A DNA stretch of 64,000 bases from Sminthopsis crassicaudata (taxonomy: Eukaryota), in assembly GCF_048593235.1 (NCBI RefSeq), contig NC_133617.1, forward strand, positions 101,144,937 to 101,208,936. The letters are read 5' to 3'. A model generated the notes under the pieces. That model did not search any database, was not told where the DNA came from, and worked only from the letters and a program-made list of their open reading frames with translations. How positions within the stretch are numbered: position 1 is the first letter of the stretch; each line of letters opens with the position of its first letter. Shown piece after piece: positions 63,100-64,000 of this stretch. The position numbers were made by a program, and so were the translations under genes.

Positions 63100-64000
63100 G
63101 TTCATTCATTGAGTACATTCACTCAGCCAAGAAACATTTATTTACTGTTTCTCAGACATTTTGCTAACTGCTGGAGATTCAAAGAAACATAAAAGATAAT
63201 CTCTATTCCCAAGGAGCTCTCAGTCTAATGAAGGATACAACATGTAAACTATATACACAAACAAGGTATACAGGCTGAATTAGACATGATCAATAAAGAG
63301 AATTTTGCACTAGTATTAAGGAAGATCAGGAAAAGCTTCTCATTGAAGGTAGGATTTAACTAGTCCTTGAAAGAAGCCAAGGAGGCCAGGTAACAGAGAA
63401 GATAGATGAGGAAAGAGAGCATTTCAGGCATAGGGAGAGGCAGTGAAAAATCACAAACTGGAGATGGATTGTCTTTTGGGAGTAACAGAAAGAAATCACT
63501 AGATTACAGAGTATGTGGGGTTGGAAAAGTTAAGTAAAAAAGATCAGAGTTCGGTTTTAAAGGACTTTGAATGTCAGAAGATTTTTTTTTATTTGATTCT
63601 AAAAATGATAGGTGGCAACTGGAGTTTCAAAAAGAAAAAAGAAAAAAAATTACATGTTAACTTATATATTTAAAAAGGAACAGCAAATGTACACAATAGA
63701 TTTTCATCTTCATGTGCAATCATCTTTTTTATTATACTATGTTATGGGATGCTTGTTTTATTTTAGAAATTAAAAATAGCACAATATAAAAATAACAGGA
63801 AGGGTTATTTGGTATGATTTTTGCTTTAGAAAGATCACTTTGACAGCTGAGTGGAAAATGAACTGGAAGGGAGGGAAGATTAAGACTGGATATAAACCAG
63901 TCATAGGTAATATCAAATAATCCATGCATGAATTGATAAAGGTTTGCACTCAGGTAGTAGCAGTGTCAGAAGAGAGAAATAGAGGCCTTTAAGAGATGTA
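63100..64000 (-). mobile_element. L2 remnant interrupted by an old L1-type 3' end (63630-63785, +)
   Basis: Antisense L2 motifs on both sides; the insert matches 3930-4125. Confidence 0.6.

Noticed and set aside
1-64000. ORF-track entries as protein-coding genes
   Set aside because: All are 152 aa or shorter. Many span N gaps, microsatellites (IYIY, ERER, VCVC) or SINEs, or start at non-ATG codons. The only recognisable motifs are LINE relics.
23386-64000. Next ASAP1 exon (G ATG CCN GAC CAG..., MPDQISVSEF)
   Set aside because: No match found by eye on the + strand and no CpG-rich region. It probably lies beyond the window, although the N gaps cannot be excluded.
1-64000. CRISPR array, rRNA, bona fide tRNA genes or a prokaryotic or viral operon
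   Set aside because: There is no regular repeat-spacer structure and no rRNA-like sequence. The tRNA-like A/B boxes all belong to SINE heads. The window is mammalian intron.

Overview
This is AT-rich, CpG-poor mammalian genomic DNA. The repeat content (WSINE1-type and MAR1-type SINEs, RTE, marsupial L1 3' ends, MIR/L2/CR1, hAT MITEs) points to a marsupial, probably a dasyurid; the species is inferred from repeats only. The window lies inside ASAP1 (+ strand). The only host coding sequence I can support is the first coding exon (exon 23299-23385; CDS 23327-23385, MRSSASRLSSFSSRDSLWN-R). Exon 1 and the next exon (MPDQISVSEF...) were not found and probably lie outside the window. The rest is intron. 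It holds an antisense ERV 5' LTR with PBS and leader, a decayed ~5 kb L1 with an inverted 3' piece, many TE fragments, a 7SL retrocopy, microsatellites and four N gaps. Almost all ORFs in the track are spurious or TE-derived. I found no evidence of a novel multi-gene system. The best leads are small. At the ASAP1 exon, a uORF stop overlaps the start codon (ATGA) and the exon begins with an AG|GTAACT recursive-splice-like motif. Elsewhere there are two short templated duplications, a probable twin-primed L1, a perfect 29-bp palindrome and a strongly flanked antisense exon-like segment. Repeat family names come from recalled consensus features, not a database search, and most TE boundaries are approximate.
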